Below, piece after piece: positions 37,771 to 45,838 of a stretch of DNA of 45,838 nucleotides; within the stretch, counting starts at the first letter, position 1; the number at the start of each line of letters is the position of its first letter. The translations under genes were made by a program, and so were the position numbers. The stretch is taken from positions 1 through 45,838 of the forward strand of contig CAJOQK010000126.1 in NCBI GenBank assembly GCA_905236885.1, in the 5' to 3' direction. The DNA comes from an uncultured Bacteroidales bacterium (GTDB taxonomy: Bacteria; Bacteroidota; Bacteroidia; Bacteroidales; WCHB1-69). Under the pieces are notes generated by a model. It was not told where the DNA came from. It saw only the letters and a program-made list of their open reading frames with translations, and did no database searches.

Positions 37771-38769
37771 TTAGGCACCCAATTGGATACGGAAGAAACC
37801 TTCGCAAACCAATTCCTTGTCGGCACCTTTCATGTAGTCGGCCACTGTCAATTTTCCGTCACGGATGAACTCCTGCTGCATCAAAGTGTTCTCTTTGAAG
37901 AATTTGTTCAGGCGGCCTTTGGCGATTTTCTCCACCATTTCGGCGGGAATGTTCTTGGCTTTCTCTTCCGCCACCTTCACTTTGATTTCGCGGGCCTGCT
38001 GAGCCTGGGCTTCAGTAATCCATCCCTTGGTGATGTTGGAGTTGATATGGTCGTCAGAGTCCACATGGGCAGGGTTGATGCCAGCCTTGGTCAAAGCGGC
38101 GTCCACAGCCTTCTGGATCTGCTCCTGAATGGTTTTTTCCTTACCAACTTCCAACTCACGGTCAATGAGTTCCTGACTGACACCCTTTTCGTCCACTGCG
38201 ATGGGGTTCATGGCGGCAATCTGCATGGCCACTTCGTGGGCGACGGTTTCGGCGGTCTCTCCGTTTTTGTTGAAAGCGGCAATGACGGCCAAGCGGTTAC
38301 CCATGTGGTTGTAGGCGCTCACAAAAGTCTTCTCCAGGCAGGCGAATCCGTTCAGTTCCACCTTTTCTCCGGTTTTGCCGCTCATTTCGGTCAGGCTGTT
38401 CTCGACTGTCTGTCCGTTGAAATCGGCCTGCATCAACGCCTCCTTGGAGGTGATGTGCTTGCTGATTGCCAAGTCCGCCAAGGCGTTGGCGTAGTTGGTG
38501 AAGTCGGCGGTTTTGCCCACAAAGTCGGTTTCGCAGTTCACCATGACGACCACGCCGAAAGTGTGGTCGGGAGTGGTTTTGGCCACCACATAGCCTTCGT
38601 TGGCGTTACGGTCGGCACGTTTTGCTGCAATTTTCTGACCTTTTTTCCTCAGGATATCAACAGCTTTTTCAAAATCGCCTTCGGCTTCCACCAAAGCGTT
38701 TTTGCAGTCCATCATGCCTGAACCGGTCATTTGTCTCAATTTATTTACATCTGCTGCTGTAATTGCCAT
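37771..38769 (-). CDS. tsf: Translation elongation factor Ts
   Basis: N-terminal UBA-like block VNKLRQMTGSGMMDCKNALVEAEGDFEKAVDILRKKG. 332 aa, directly downstream of rpsB. Confidence 0.95.
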   Translation of the reverse strand: MAITAADVNKLRQMTGSGMMDCKNALVEAEGDFEKAVDILRKKGQKIAAKRADRNANEGYVVAKTTPDHTFGVVVMVNCETDFVGKTADFTNYANALADLAISKHITSKEALMQADFNGQTVENSLTEMSGKTGEKVELNGFACLEKTFVSAYNHMGNRLAVIAAFNKNGETAETVAHEVAMQIAAMNPIAVDEKGVSQELIDRELEVGKEKTIQEQIQKAVDAALTKAGINPAHVDSDDHINSNITKGWITEAQAQQAREIKVKVAEEKAKNIPAEMVEKIAKGRLNKFFKENTLMQQEFIRDGKLTVADYMKGADKELVCEGFFRIQLGA

Positions 38770-38794
38770 AATTTCAAAGTTTTAAGATTGAATA

Positions 38795-39658
38795 TTAGTT
38801 TTGTTTGGCGGAACGTCTGGCCGGTTTCTCCTCACCGTTGTCATTCTTTTCGCCAATTCTGCGTCTGCGTCCGCCGCGTCCGCCTTTTTCCTCTTCCTTT
38901 TCCTTGGTCTCCTCTTCGGCGTCATTTTCCTCAACAGTTTCCTCCGGTTCCTCCACTTTGTCCTTCATCAGGGCGCGTTCGGTCAAACCTTCCTGAATGG
39001 CCTCACACATCACTTTTACTATTAGAGCGATGGATTTGGAGGCATCGTCGTTGGCCGGAATCGGGAAATCGACCAGGTTGGGATTGGAGTTGGTGTCCAC
39101 CATAGCGAAGATGGGGATGTTCAGCTTACGGGCTTCCGCAACGGCAATGTGCTCTTTGAGGATGTCAACGACAAAAATGGCTTCCGGCAGATGTGTTAGG
39201 TCGGCGATAGAACCCAAGTTCTTGTCCAATTTGGCCTTCTCACGTTGGATTTGAAGTTTCTCACGTTTGGAAATGCTGTTCCATTGCGGTCCCTTCATCA
39301 TCTCATCCAGCGAAGACATTTTTTTCACAGCTCTGCGGATGGTGTTGAAATTGGTCAGCATACCGCCCGGCCAACGTTCGGTGACGTAGGGCATGTTGAT
39401 GGCCTTGACCTGCTCGGAGAGAATTTCCTTGGCCTGCTTTTTTGTGGCGACAAACAGTATTTTTTTGCCGGATTTGGCGATTTGCCGGATGGCGGCTGCC
39501 GCCTCATCGATTTTCGTTACGGTTTTATGGAGGTCAATGATATGAATACCATTTTTTTCCATAAAAATGTACGGAGCCATGTTAGGGTTCCATTTTCTTT
39601 TCAAATGGCCGAAATGAGTTCCGGCTTCCAATAGTTGGTTGAAATCTACACTTGACAT
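38795..39658 (-). CDS. rpsB: 30S ribosomal protein S2 (with acidic/RGG-like C-terminal tail)
   Basis: LLEAGTHFGHLKRKWNPNMAPYIF, FVATKKQAKE, ERWPGGMLTNF. The tail reads ...EEEKGGRGGRRRRIGEK.... Confidence 0.95.
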   Translation of the reverse strand: MSSVDFNQLLEAGTHFGHLKRKWNPNMAPYIFMEKNGIHIIDLHKTVTKIDEAAAAIRQIAKSGKKILFVATKKQAKEILSEQVKAINMPYVTERWPGGMLTNFNTIRRAVKKMSSLDEMMKGPQWNSISKREKLQIQREKAKLDKNLGSIADLTHLPEAIFVVDILKEHIAVAEARKLNIPIFAMVDTNSNPNLVDFPIPANDDASKSIALIVKVMCEAIQEGLTERALMKDKVEEPEETVEENDAEEETKEKEEEKGGRGGRRRRIGEKNDNGEEKPARRSAKQN

Positions 39659-39776
39659 GTTTTTTCTTTTAAATGTTTACATTCTTTAATTTTAAGCAAT
39701 CGCAAGGTAGTCCTTCTTCAGGAATCCCTGCAATTTAGATACTAAACATTCTGTTATGCTTGGTATGCTAATACTG

Positions 39777-40163
39777 CTAACGTTTGCTGAATTGGAATCT
39801 TTTGCGCGCTTTGGGATGTCCCGGTTTTTTCCGTTCCACCATACGCGGGTCACGGCGCATCAATCCTTCGGCTTTCAGTGCGGGGCGATATTCCGCGTTG
39901 ATTTCGCAGAGCGCTTTGGCAATGGCCAGGCGCAAAGCTTCGGCCTGTCCGTTGATGCCGCCGCCGTCCAGGTTAACCTTGATGTCATATTTCCCTTCAG
40001 TATCGGTCACTTTCAGGGACTGCACGGCCACGTAGCGAAGGGTTTCCGTCGTGAAATACTCTTTGTAGTCACGGCCGTTCACCGTAATGTTCCCATTGCC
40101 GGCCTTCATGTAGATGCGGGCGACAGCGGTTTTTCTTCTACCTGATGTATTGATGGTTTCCAT
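39777..40163 (-). CDS. rpsI: 30S ribosomal protein S9
   Basis: GRRKTAVARIYMKAGNG...GGGINGQAEALRLAIAKAL...RDPRMVERKKPG..KARKRFQFSKR. Confidence 0.95.
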   Translation of the reverse strand: METINTSGRRKTAVARIYMKAGNGNITVNGRDYKEYFTTETLRYVAVQSLKVTDTEGKYDIKVNLDGGGINGQAEALRLAIAKALCEINAEYRPALKAEGLMRRDPRMVERKKPGHPKARKRFQFSKR

Positions 40164-40165
40164 GT

Positions 40166-40621
40166 TTATTTGATGTCTTTAATGTTAATAAGTTTTGGTT
40201 GTTGCGCCTGCTGTTTGTGCTCGCTGCCTGCATATACGTACAGGTTGCGGTATAGTTTGTCGCCCAGTCTGTTTTTGGGAAGCATGCCACGGATGGCGTG
40301 TTCCAGCACGGCGATGGGTTTGCGGTTTAAAAGCTCTTTCGGGCTGGCAAAACGTTGTCCGCCGGGATATCCGGTGTGGCGCACATAGCGTTTGTCGCTC
40401 AGTTTCTTGCCAGTAAAGCGAACTTTATCCGCATTGATGATGACCACATTGTCCCCGCAATCCATGTGGGGCGTGTAGTTGGTCTTGTATTTGCCCCTCA
40501 GTATTTGGGCGGCAACGGATGCCAGACGACCGACAATCTCTCCTTCGGCATCAATCAAAATCCACTCCTTGTTGATGGTGGACGGTTTGGCCGATACGGT
40601 CCTATAACTTAACGTATCCAT
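40166..40621 (-). CDS. rplM: 50S ribosomal protein L13
   Basis: KEWILIDAEGEIVGRLAS.AA.ILRGK....YTPHMDCGDNVVIINADKV, HTGYPGG, AIRGMLPKNRLG. Confidence 0.95.
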   Translation of the reverse strand: MDTLSYRTVSAKPSTINKEWILIDAEGEIVGRLASVAAQILRGKYKTNYTPHMDCGDNVVIINADKVRFTGKKLSDKRYVRHTGYPGGQRFASPKELLNRKPIAVLEHAIRGMLPKNRLGDKLYRNLYVYAGSEHKQQAQQPKLINIKDIK

Positions 40622-40714
40622 TTTTCTGTTTTTAATTTTTTACTTTTAATTCAATTTTCAAACAAATATTTCACCTTCTTTGTTTGTGGATAATAAACTG
40701 GACTTTTAAGCCTG

Positions 40715-40722
40715 CAAAAGTA
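40715..40722 (-). promoter_or_regulatory. -7 promoter box (TACTTTTG) for rplM-rpsI(-rpsB-tsf)
   Basis: Exact TAnnTTTG on the minus strand, 94 nt upstream of the rplM ATG at 40621. Confidence 0.45.
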
Positions 40723-40944
40723 CTACTTTTAGGAATATCTTTTTTGAAAATTCCCTTATTTTTTTATTTGTCCAAAAAACGAACATATAATATTGTTTAA
40801 CAGAATGTTGTAAAATTACAATCTCGCACGTCAATCGTTTGGGAGGCCTATTTTGAGCTTTAAACTGTTTTCAGTCCCCTTGAAAAAAGCACCAATTTTT
40901 CATCTTTTCACCGTTTTTTGTGCAAAAACGGATCCATGGAACTT

Positions 40945-43900
40945 CTATTTTTTGGAGAGTTCCTTTTCCAGTGCGGCTTTCAGCTTGCGGTACTTTTTGA
41001 TTTCGGATTCGTTCCGGATGGACAATGGGTTTTCCAGAATTTGCAGCATCATGGATACGGCGTTGTAGTAGGCGTTGAGCACATTGTCGCGGTCCGCTGC
41101 GTTTTCACAGATATCCATGCACTTCAACAGATAGCTTTTTACTGCAGCCTCATCTTCGTCCTCAGCGGCATTTTCAAGATAGGCCAGGCTGAGGTAGCTC
41201 CATGCCAAATCCCCTTCCGTCTCCTCCTTGTCGCCGTCCCGGTACATTGGCAGAATGATGGCGATTGTGGTGTCAAACTGGTCGGCGGCCATGTAATTGC
41301 GGTCCATATTGATGTACAGTATTCCCAATTTACGGTGATGGAATGCAAGGTTACGTTTCAAGGCGGGCGTGCTGTCCATCTGGCTCAGCCGCGCCACAAT
41401 ATCTTTCCGCAGGGTAAGCGCCTCGCTCAGGTTTTGATTGTTGTTGGTGGAATCTTCCATCGCCTCATAACATAGGGCCAGCTGGCTTTTTACATTCAGG
41501 TCGTTGATGTTGAAGTCTCCCGGTTCGGTACGGTAAAACAGCTTGTGGTTCAGTTCGCCGCTCCGCTTCAGATAGCTTATAGCCTGCTCCAGCGAATCAA
41601 CAAGCCGGTAATTCTTGCCAATGGCGAAAAGAAGCCTAAGATACTGCAAATCCTTCTTTTCACCGGCCTGCTCCTCCATAAAGTCCTTGCCTTCCAGTGC
41701 AGTTTTGTAGTAATGTATGGTATAGTTCGGCCAGCCTACAGTGTTCCAGAAATCGCCGAGCAGGATGGCTGTGTTGATGTATTCCTGATAATGTCCGAAG
41801 TCGTTGTATTTCATTGAGTCACAGTAGTCCATATAGTTTGTCAGACTTTTCACATAGGATAGACGGTTGTTGTTCTCCTTGTAGTACCCAATCAGGATAT
41901 CTTTCAGATTTTCATATTTGTTGCTGACTTTACGCATGGGGTAGGTTTCGTATAGAGCTTCAGCTTTTTGCAGTTCCTCAATGCATTGTTTCCCCTTCTG
42001 CTGCTGGTACATGAGCAGCGCTTTGTTATAGTGCATCTCACCCCAGTAACCGTAAAAGGTGGTGTCACCGGCTTTTTGGGCCTGCTTAAATTCCTTTTCG
42101 GCTTTGTCAAAATAGCTGTAGGCTTTTTGGTAGTCACCCATTGCTGAAAAAATGTCCCCTTGGAAATAATAGGCCTGTCCCTTGCGGGTTAAGTAGGGCA
42201 CCTTGAGTGAGGCAGGCAGCCGGTTGCCGTAGTCAAGCACCTGCTGGTAGGAGTTGTAGGCCTCCTGGTATTGTTCCAAGGCAAGATAGGCGTCCCCTTT
42301 TTGCAGGAAAATGTCAAGTATGTTCAGATAGGAATCGTTGTCGGGCAGTTTTTTCTCGTAATAGCGGGAAGCCTTGTCATACGAAGAAAGGGATTGGGAA
42401 TACAGCTCGTCCTTGTACAGTTTTTCGGCTTCCGTATGGAAAAAATCGCATTTGATGTCAAGGCTGTCTTCACCGAGGAGGCTGGCTTCCAAGGTTAGCA
42501 GCTCGTCATTGAAGGCATCAAGCGGTTTTAGCAGAAAATTGTTTTCAAGCATGTGGCTCACAGCTTTGGTTTGGTAATTCCTGTCCAGACAAAAGGCATA
42601 GAAATAGGGGGAGATGGACTTGCAGTCGGCCCAGGCCGCCTTGCATTGGGCAAAATGCCGCTCCAGACTGTCAGGATGCGCATGGTATACCAAATCGCAA
42701 ACAATCATGCCATATTTGAAGCCCAGCTGTTTAGGATACATCAGCGATGGCATGTCGTGAACCAATTCCGAAAAGATGGAGTTTATGTTCTGCATATTAT
42801 TAATTGTTATAACCGTATCTGACTGATAGTTTTGGTTCTGTAAAGCATAAAGATAGAGCAGCCTGCTGTAAAGCGAGGGCGCCATGCGGTAGAGGTCCGC
42901 TGCCAGCTGCAGGTGGGTGTCCGCTATTTTTTTTGTAATGGGGTAGAGGGAGTCAACCGGTATGAATATCATGCGCGAGACTGTTCCAAGTTGGCTCTTT
43001 TTTTGGGTGAGTTCCGAATAATACCGGTCTTTGTCTGTCTGGAACAAATCGTTGAAGGCTGTGTCCAACTGGCGGCAGGCCGACAGTGTGTCACCTTTGT
43101 TGAGGTAAAAATAGGCCGCACGTGTCCGATAAAGGCATCGTGTTTCATGGTTGTTGGGAAAAGAGTCTTTCAGGAGTTGTATTTTTGTCATGGCCTCCGC
43201 AATTCCGGAGTCCTGGTCATTTTCAAACAGTTCATAGGCCATCGGACGGGAAATTATCAGTTTCATGTATGGATCCTTGTAGGTTGTTTTTATCTCTTCC
43301 ATCGCTTTTTTGACCTCTTCCGTCTTTCCCTCTTGTCTCAGGCAGTCCGTGTAGTAGATCATCCATGACGGATTCTTGAACCCCTGGTCAATAAGCAGCT
43401 TATAATAGGGGCTGGAGGGTGTGGTGTCGCTTTCAAAAGGGTCGGCTTCTTTGACGGCGAGGTAGTAGGCGATGCGTTGCAGATTTTTTTCGCTGAGGTC
43501 GTTTTCAACAATCTGCGCTTTGGCCCGTTCCAGACATTGGCGGAAATCGCCGCGCAATAGAGCCTCTTCGCACGATTTGCGGAGGTCGCTGTCAATGTAG
43601 AACATCGAAAGCGGATTGAGTTCGTCGGCAACATCGTACAGGAGAGTTTTGAATGTTTGGAAATAATTTGGAGATATGATGAACTCCGCCCCGTCCGTAG
43701 CCGTATTAGGATATTCCTTCATTGTTTTAAGCGCGCTGTCTATGTCGGGAAGCAGGTCGTGGCGGTACAGATGCATGGCCAGAGAATCGAAGAGCCTGTC
43801 GCGTTCCGCATAGTAGCGGTCAGCATTGACCATGTAGACGTAAAGGGTGTCTTTACGCAGGATATCCGGTTCGACGAGATGCTCCTTCCATCCGGAACCC

Positions 43901-44178
43901 AATGAAATGTAACCCGGCAGTTTGAAGTTCCAGTCAAAATCCACATAGTCACCGTAGGTCTTACCGGTGAATTTGAAAACAGCCACTCCTTTGGCATTGG
44001 TGGCTGATGCCTGTTTTTCACATTTGATTTGGACACCTTGCAGCGGTTTGCCGGTGCCATAATCCAGCACTTTGACCGCCTGGCGCACTTGCGCAAATGT
44101 GTTTCCTCCACACAAAACAGTCAATGTCAGAATTGTAAATAATTTGTAAAAGCGGTTTTTTGTCGGTTTCATATTCAT
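40945..44178 (-). CDS. Large secreted protein: signal peptide, carboxypeptidase-regulatory-like beta-sandwich, then about 950 aa of TPR-like helical repeats (function unknown)
   Basis: Signal peptide FYKLFTILTLTVLCGGNTFAQ. The N-terminal block VKVLDYGTGKPLQGVQIKCEKQASATNAKGVAVFKF is CarboxypepD_reg-like. Recognisable TPR units include GDAYLALEQYQEAYNSYQQVL and GDIFSAMGDYQKAYSYFDKAEKEF. I saw no P-loop or catalytic motif. Confidence 0.6.
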   Translation of the reverse strand: MNMKPTKNRFYKLFTILTLTVLCGGNTFAQVRQAVKVLDYGTGKPLQGVQIKCEKQASATNAKGVAVFKFTGKTYGDYVDFDWNFKLPGYISLGSGWKEHLVEPDILRKDTLYVYMVNADRYYAERDRLFDSLAMHLYRHDLLPDIDSALKTMKEYPNTATDGAEFIISPNYFQTFKTLLYDVADELNPLSMFYIDSDLRKSCEEALLRGDFRQCLERAKAQIVENDLSEKNLQRIAYYLAVKEADPFESDTTPSSPYYKLLIDQGFKNPSWMIYYTDCLRQEGKTEEVKKAMEEIKTTYKDPYMKLIISRPMAYELFENDQDSGIAEAMTKIQLLKDSFPNNHETRCLYRTRAAYFYLNKGDTLSACRQLDTAFNDLFQTDKDRYYSELTQKKSQLGTVSRMIFIPVDSLYPITKKIADTHLQLAADLYRMAPSLYSRLLYLYALQNQNYQSDTVITINNMQNINSIFSELVHDMPSLMYPKQLGFKYGMIVCDLVYHAHPDSLERHFAQCKAAWADCKSISPYFYAFCLDRNYQTKAVSHMLENNFLLKPLDAFNDELLTLEASLLGEDSLDIKCDFFHTEAEKLYKDELYSQSLSSYDKASRYYEKKLPDNDSYLNILDIFLQKGDAYLALEQYQEAYNSYQQVLDYGNRLPASLKVPYLTRKGQAYYFQGDIFSAMGDYQKAYSYFDKAEKEFKQAQKAGDTTFYGYWGEMHYNKALLMYQQQKGKQCIEELQKAEALYETYPMRKVSNKYENLKDILIGYYKENNNRLSYVKSLTNYMDYCDSMKYNDFGHYQEYINTAILLGDFWNTVGWPNYTIHYYKTALEGKDFMEEQAGEKKDLQYLRLLFAIGKNYRLVDSLEQAISYLKRSGELNHKLFYRTEPGDFNINDLNVKSQLALCYEAMEDSTNNNQNLSEALTLRKDIVARLSQMDSTPALKRNLAFHHRKLGILYINMDRNYMAADQFDTTIAIILPMYRDGDKEETEGDLAWSYLSLAYLENAAEDEDEAAVKSYLLKCMDICENAADRDNVLNAYYNAVSMMLQILENPLSIRNESEIKKYRKLKAALEKELSKK

Positions 44179-44201
44179 GGTAAAAAATGTTATAAATTTT
44201 G

Positions 44202-44209
44202 CAAATATA
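44202..44209 (-). promoter_or_regulatory. -7 promoter box (TATATTTG) for the 1077-aa TPR gene
   Basis: Exact TAnnTTTG on the minus strand, 24 nt upstream of the ATG at 44178, in the 77-nt spacer after the ATP-grasp gene. Confidence 0.4.
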
Positions 44210-44255
44210 TATGAAAAAACAATACAAAATCAATATCGGCGTGAAAAATTAACAA

Positions 44256-45407
44256 CTATCTCATATATTCCCGCATGTCCAGATGCAGCAGCCTGTCCAG
44301 TTCGTCAAGGTGTGCTGTGTCGGTGCGGGTGAAGGCGGTGGCGGCCACGCCCACATTGGCGTTTTTCACCTCCCTGATTTCCAACACATCGGAAAAATCC
44401 GCCTTGAATTTTTCCTTGTTAAAGTGTGCGTCCGCAGGGCATCCGGCAGGTTTTTCCAGCACCAGAAAGCTGAAGGTGTCGGTTTCGTGTCCCTTCCACA
44501 TCTCCTCCTTGCCGATGCGTTTGTTTTCAAAATAGGCCACCACGGGATGCAGGCCGCTGATGTGTGTCTGAAGTTCGTTGAGGCAGAAGCCGGCGAAGCG
44601 CAACGGATTGATTTCAATGGGAAGTGCAATGCCGTTTTCAATGCGGAACTCAATGTGCATTGGGAAGTTGCGTAAACCGATGACCTGGTTGGTCGCCTTC
44701 AGGAAGTCGGTGAAAGGCTGTCCGTACTGGTCGAACAGGGCTTTGCTGGAGCAGTAGAGCCGGTCGCTGGTGTCGGTGGCGGAGGCAAAACGATGATGGT
44801 AGATGTTGAGTGTCACGGGACTTCCCTCTTCGTCAAAATAGGCATCCACGGCATATTCCTCCCCTCTGATCATTTTTTCAATCAAAAAATGGGAGGTGCC
44901 CACAACAAAGGAGGGAAATTGCGCACTTGCTTCCGCAAATTTCAGCCGTATATCCGACACGGCTTTTTTCCAGTCTTCCCGGTTTTCAACCATGTATACT
45001 CCCACGCTCAAAAATCCGACAGAAGGTTTCAGTACCACCGGATAGGGGAGTGTGGCGGCGTCCACTTTTTCCAATTCGCTGATAGCAACCTCTTCAAAAA
45101 AGTAGTCCGGATAGAGGGTCCGGCAAATCCTGCGGAAGGCGGCCTTGTTTTTCAGCAGGTTGATTTTCTCCAACAGCGTAGGGTCGTCTATGTGCTGCGA
45201 AATCCAGCCCAATCCGTTTTCAGACATGCAGTAGAGTTTGTGGCGTTGCCGGTAGGCGGAGGCAAAGGCCCCGTCATCGTAAAGGGTTAGGGCATGACCG
45301 GCCGCGGCCAACTGCTCCGACATGGCGTTGCGCAGCACCGGATAGTTTTTTTCAACGGCGGTCCGGATCAGTGTTTCGGATACATAAGGTTTTTCTAATA
45401 TGAGCAT
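44256..45407 (-). CDS. ATP-grasp domain protein (carboxylate-amine ligase-like, substrate unknown)
   Basis: Central ATP-grasp blocks YPVVLKPSVGFLSVGVYMV.NREDW, FLIEKMIRGEEYAVDAYF, and a Mg/ATP loop PIEINPLRFAG (E-x-N motif). The start is set at the ATG at 45407 (MLILEKPYV); the track ORF begins at an upstream TTG at 45440. Confidence 0.7.
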   Translation of the reverse strand: MLILEKPYVSETLIRTAVEKNYPVLRNAMSEQLAAAGHALTLYDDGAFASAYRQRHKLYCMSENGLGWISQHIDDPTLLEKINLLKNKAAFRRICRTLYPDYFFEEVAISELEKVDAATLPYPVVLKPSVGFLSVGVYMVENREDWKKAVSDIRLKFAEASAQFPSFVVGTSHFLIEKMIRGEEYAVDAYFDEEGSPVTLNIYHHRFASATDTSDRLYCSSKALFDQYGQPFTDFLKATNQVIGLRNFPMHIEFRIENGIALPIEINPLRFAGFCLNELQTHISGLHPVVAYFENKRIGKEEMWKGHETDTFSFLVLEKPAGCPADAHFNKEKFKADFSDVLEIREVKNANVGVAATAFTRTDTAHLDELDRLLHLDMREYMR

Positions 45408-45516
45408 TTGACTATTTCTTTTTTTGATGGTTAAATCCAATTAACGGAGCAATTCCAAGAAAATTGTATCGGATGGTTTTTAGTTCTGAAAAAAGATGGA
45501 TTGCTATTCAAATTAT

Positions 45517-45551
45517 GGTGCAAATTTAAACAATAATTTTAAATTTGCACC
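45517..45551. promoter_or_regulatory. Perfect 14-bp inverted repeat (GGTGCAAATTTAAA-n7-TTTAAATTTGCACC) carrying mirror-image -7 boxes
   Basis: The arms at 45517-45530 and 45538-45551 are exact reverse complements. Each contains TAAATTTG (minus strand 45521-45528, plus strand 45540-45547). The repeat sits in the divergent region between the ATP-grasp gene and the partial membrane-protein gene. Confidence 0.6.
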
Positions 45552-45574
45552 GTTATGTCTGCAAAAATACAACA

Positions 45575-45838
45575 ATGGACAAGTCTGTTTTTCCAACCCT
45601 GAAGAAGTTCGCGATAGTGCTGCTCGGGCTCTTTCTTTTGCATGCGGCCATCAATTTCTTGTTTATTCCTTTATTGGAAATGTTCAGTGCTTCGGATTCA
45701 GTTACGGAATTGGGTTTCAGATTTTGGGGTTATCAGATATATTTGTGTAACCTGATAGGCTGCTGCTTTTTGGCGGCGGAGATGTGGAAGCGGGGCCGCT
45801 GGAATGTTGTGTTGCTGGTGGCCTGCCTTTTAGATGCC
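45575..45838 (+). CDS. Partial CDS (5' end only, runs off the window): small-helix integral membrane protein, function unknown
   Basis: Open frame from the ATG at 45575 to the window end (88 codons, no stop): MDKSVFPTLKKFAIVLLGLFLLHAAINFLFIPLL...YLCNLIGCCFLAAEMWKRGRWNVVLLVACLLDA, with at least three hydrophobic helices. It is preceded by TAAATTTG 28 nt upstream. It is absent from the ORF track because it lacks a stop. Confidence 0.45.
   Translation, partial: MDKSVFPTLKKFAIVLLGLFLLHAAINFLFIPLLEMFSASDSVTELGFRFWGYQIYLCNLIGCCFLAAEMWKRGRWNVVLLVACLLDA

Noticed and set aside
37714-38721. 335-aa plus-strand ORF antisense to tsf
   Set aside because: Shadow ORF (G/V/F/H-rich). EF-Ts on the minus strand is unambiguous.
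38795-38950. Acidic then RGG/Arg-rich C-terminal tail on ribosomal protein S2
   Set aside because: To my knowledge, C-terminal charged extensions of S2 are common in this phylum. Nothing suggests a fusion or a frameshift.
45496-45750. 84-aa plus-strand ORF from the track
   Set aside because: It starts inside the palindromic promoter region and has no sensible features. A different frame (ATG 45575) stays open to the window end, encodes clean hydrophobic helices and sits the right distance from a -7 box.
1-45838. Window-wide search for CRISPR arrays, IS elements or transposases, integrases, phage genes, toxin-antitoxin pairs, restriction-modification or other defence cassettes, and riboswitch-length leaders
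   Set aside because: None was found. There are no regularly spaced direct repeats apart from the in-frame WG repeats, and no recombinase or nuclease motifs. All long intergenic regions (about 220-320 nt) are explained by divergent or convergent promoters and terminators.

Overview
This 45.8-kb window reads as core chromosome of a Bacteroidota (Bacteroidales-like) anaerobe. The support is the type IX secretion pair porU/porV, exact TAnnTTTG '-7' promoter boxes in front of most transcription units, A-rich leaders rather than Shine-Dalgarno sites, and anaerobe oxidative-stress genes. I can support 33 complete CDS, one 3'-truncated CDS and two tRNAs (Ser-UGA, Gln-UUG). Housekeeping blocks are rimP-nusA-infB-metG, rplM-rpsI-rpsB-tsf, ispF and purN. 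Envelope genes include an SLT lytic transglycosylase, a TonB-C protein, a TPR-M23-LysM peptidase, porU/porV, a DUF1343/NamZ-like protein, a PAP2 phosphatase, a WbqC protein and a GT22-like GT-C transferase. Stress genes are a reverse rubrerythrin and a flavodiiron protein. I found no CRISPR array, integrase, transposase, phage gene, toxin-antitoxin pair or recognisable defence cassette, so I cannot honestly name a clear novel system. The least-explained loci are: (1) a 1074-aa single-chain fusion of four redox modules that are normally separate subunits; (2) a divergent WbqC / GT22-like pair with an extra C-terminal domain; (3) a 10 x 37-aa WG-repeat secreted protein whose gene overlaps a C69 dipeptidase gene; (4) an ATP-grasp enzyme next to a 1077-aa secreted all-helical TPR protein, with a perfect 14-bp inverted repeat carrying mirror-image promoter boxes just upstream. 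All functional readings come from motifs recognised by eye and need HMM or structure confirmation.
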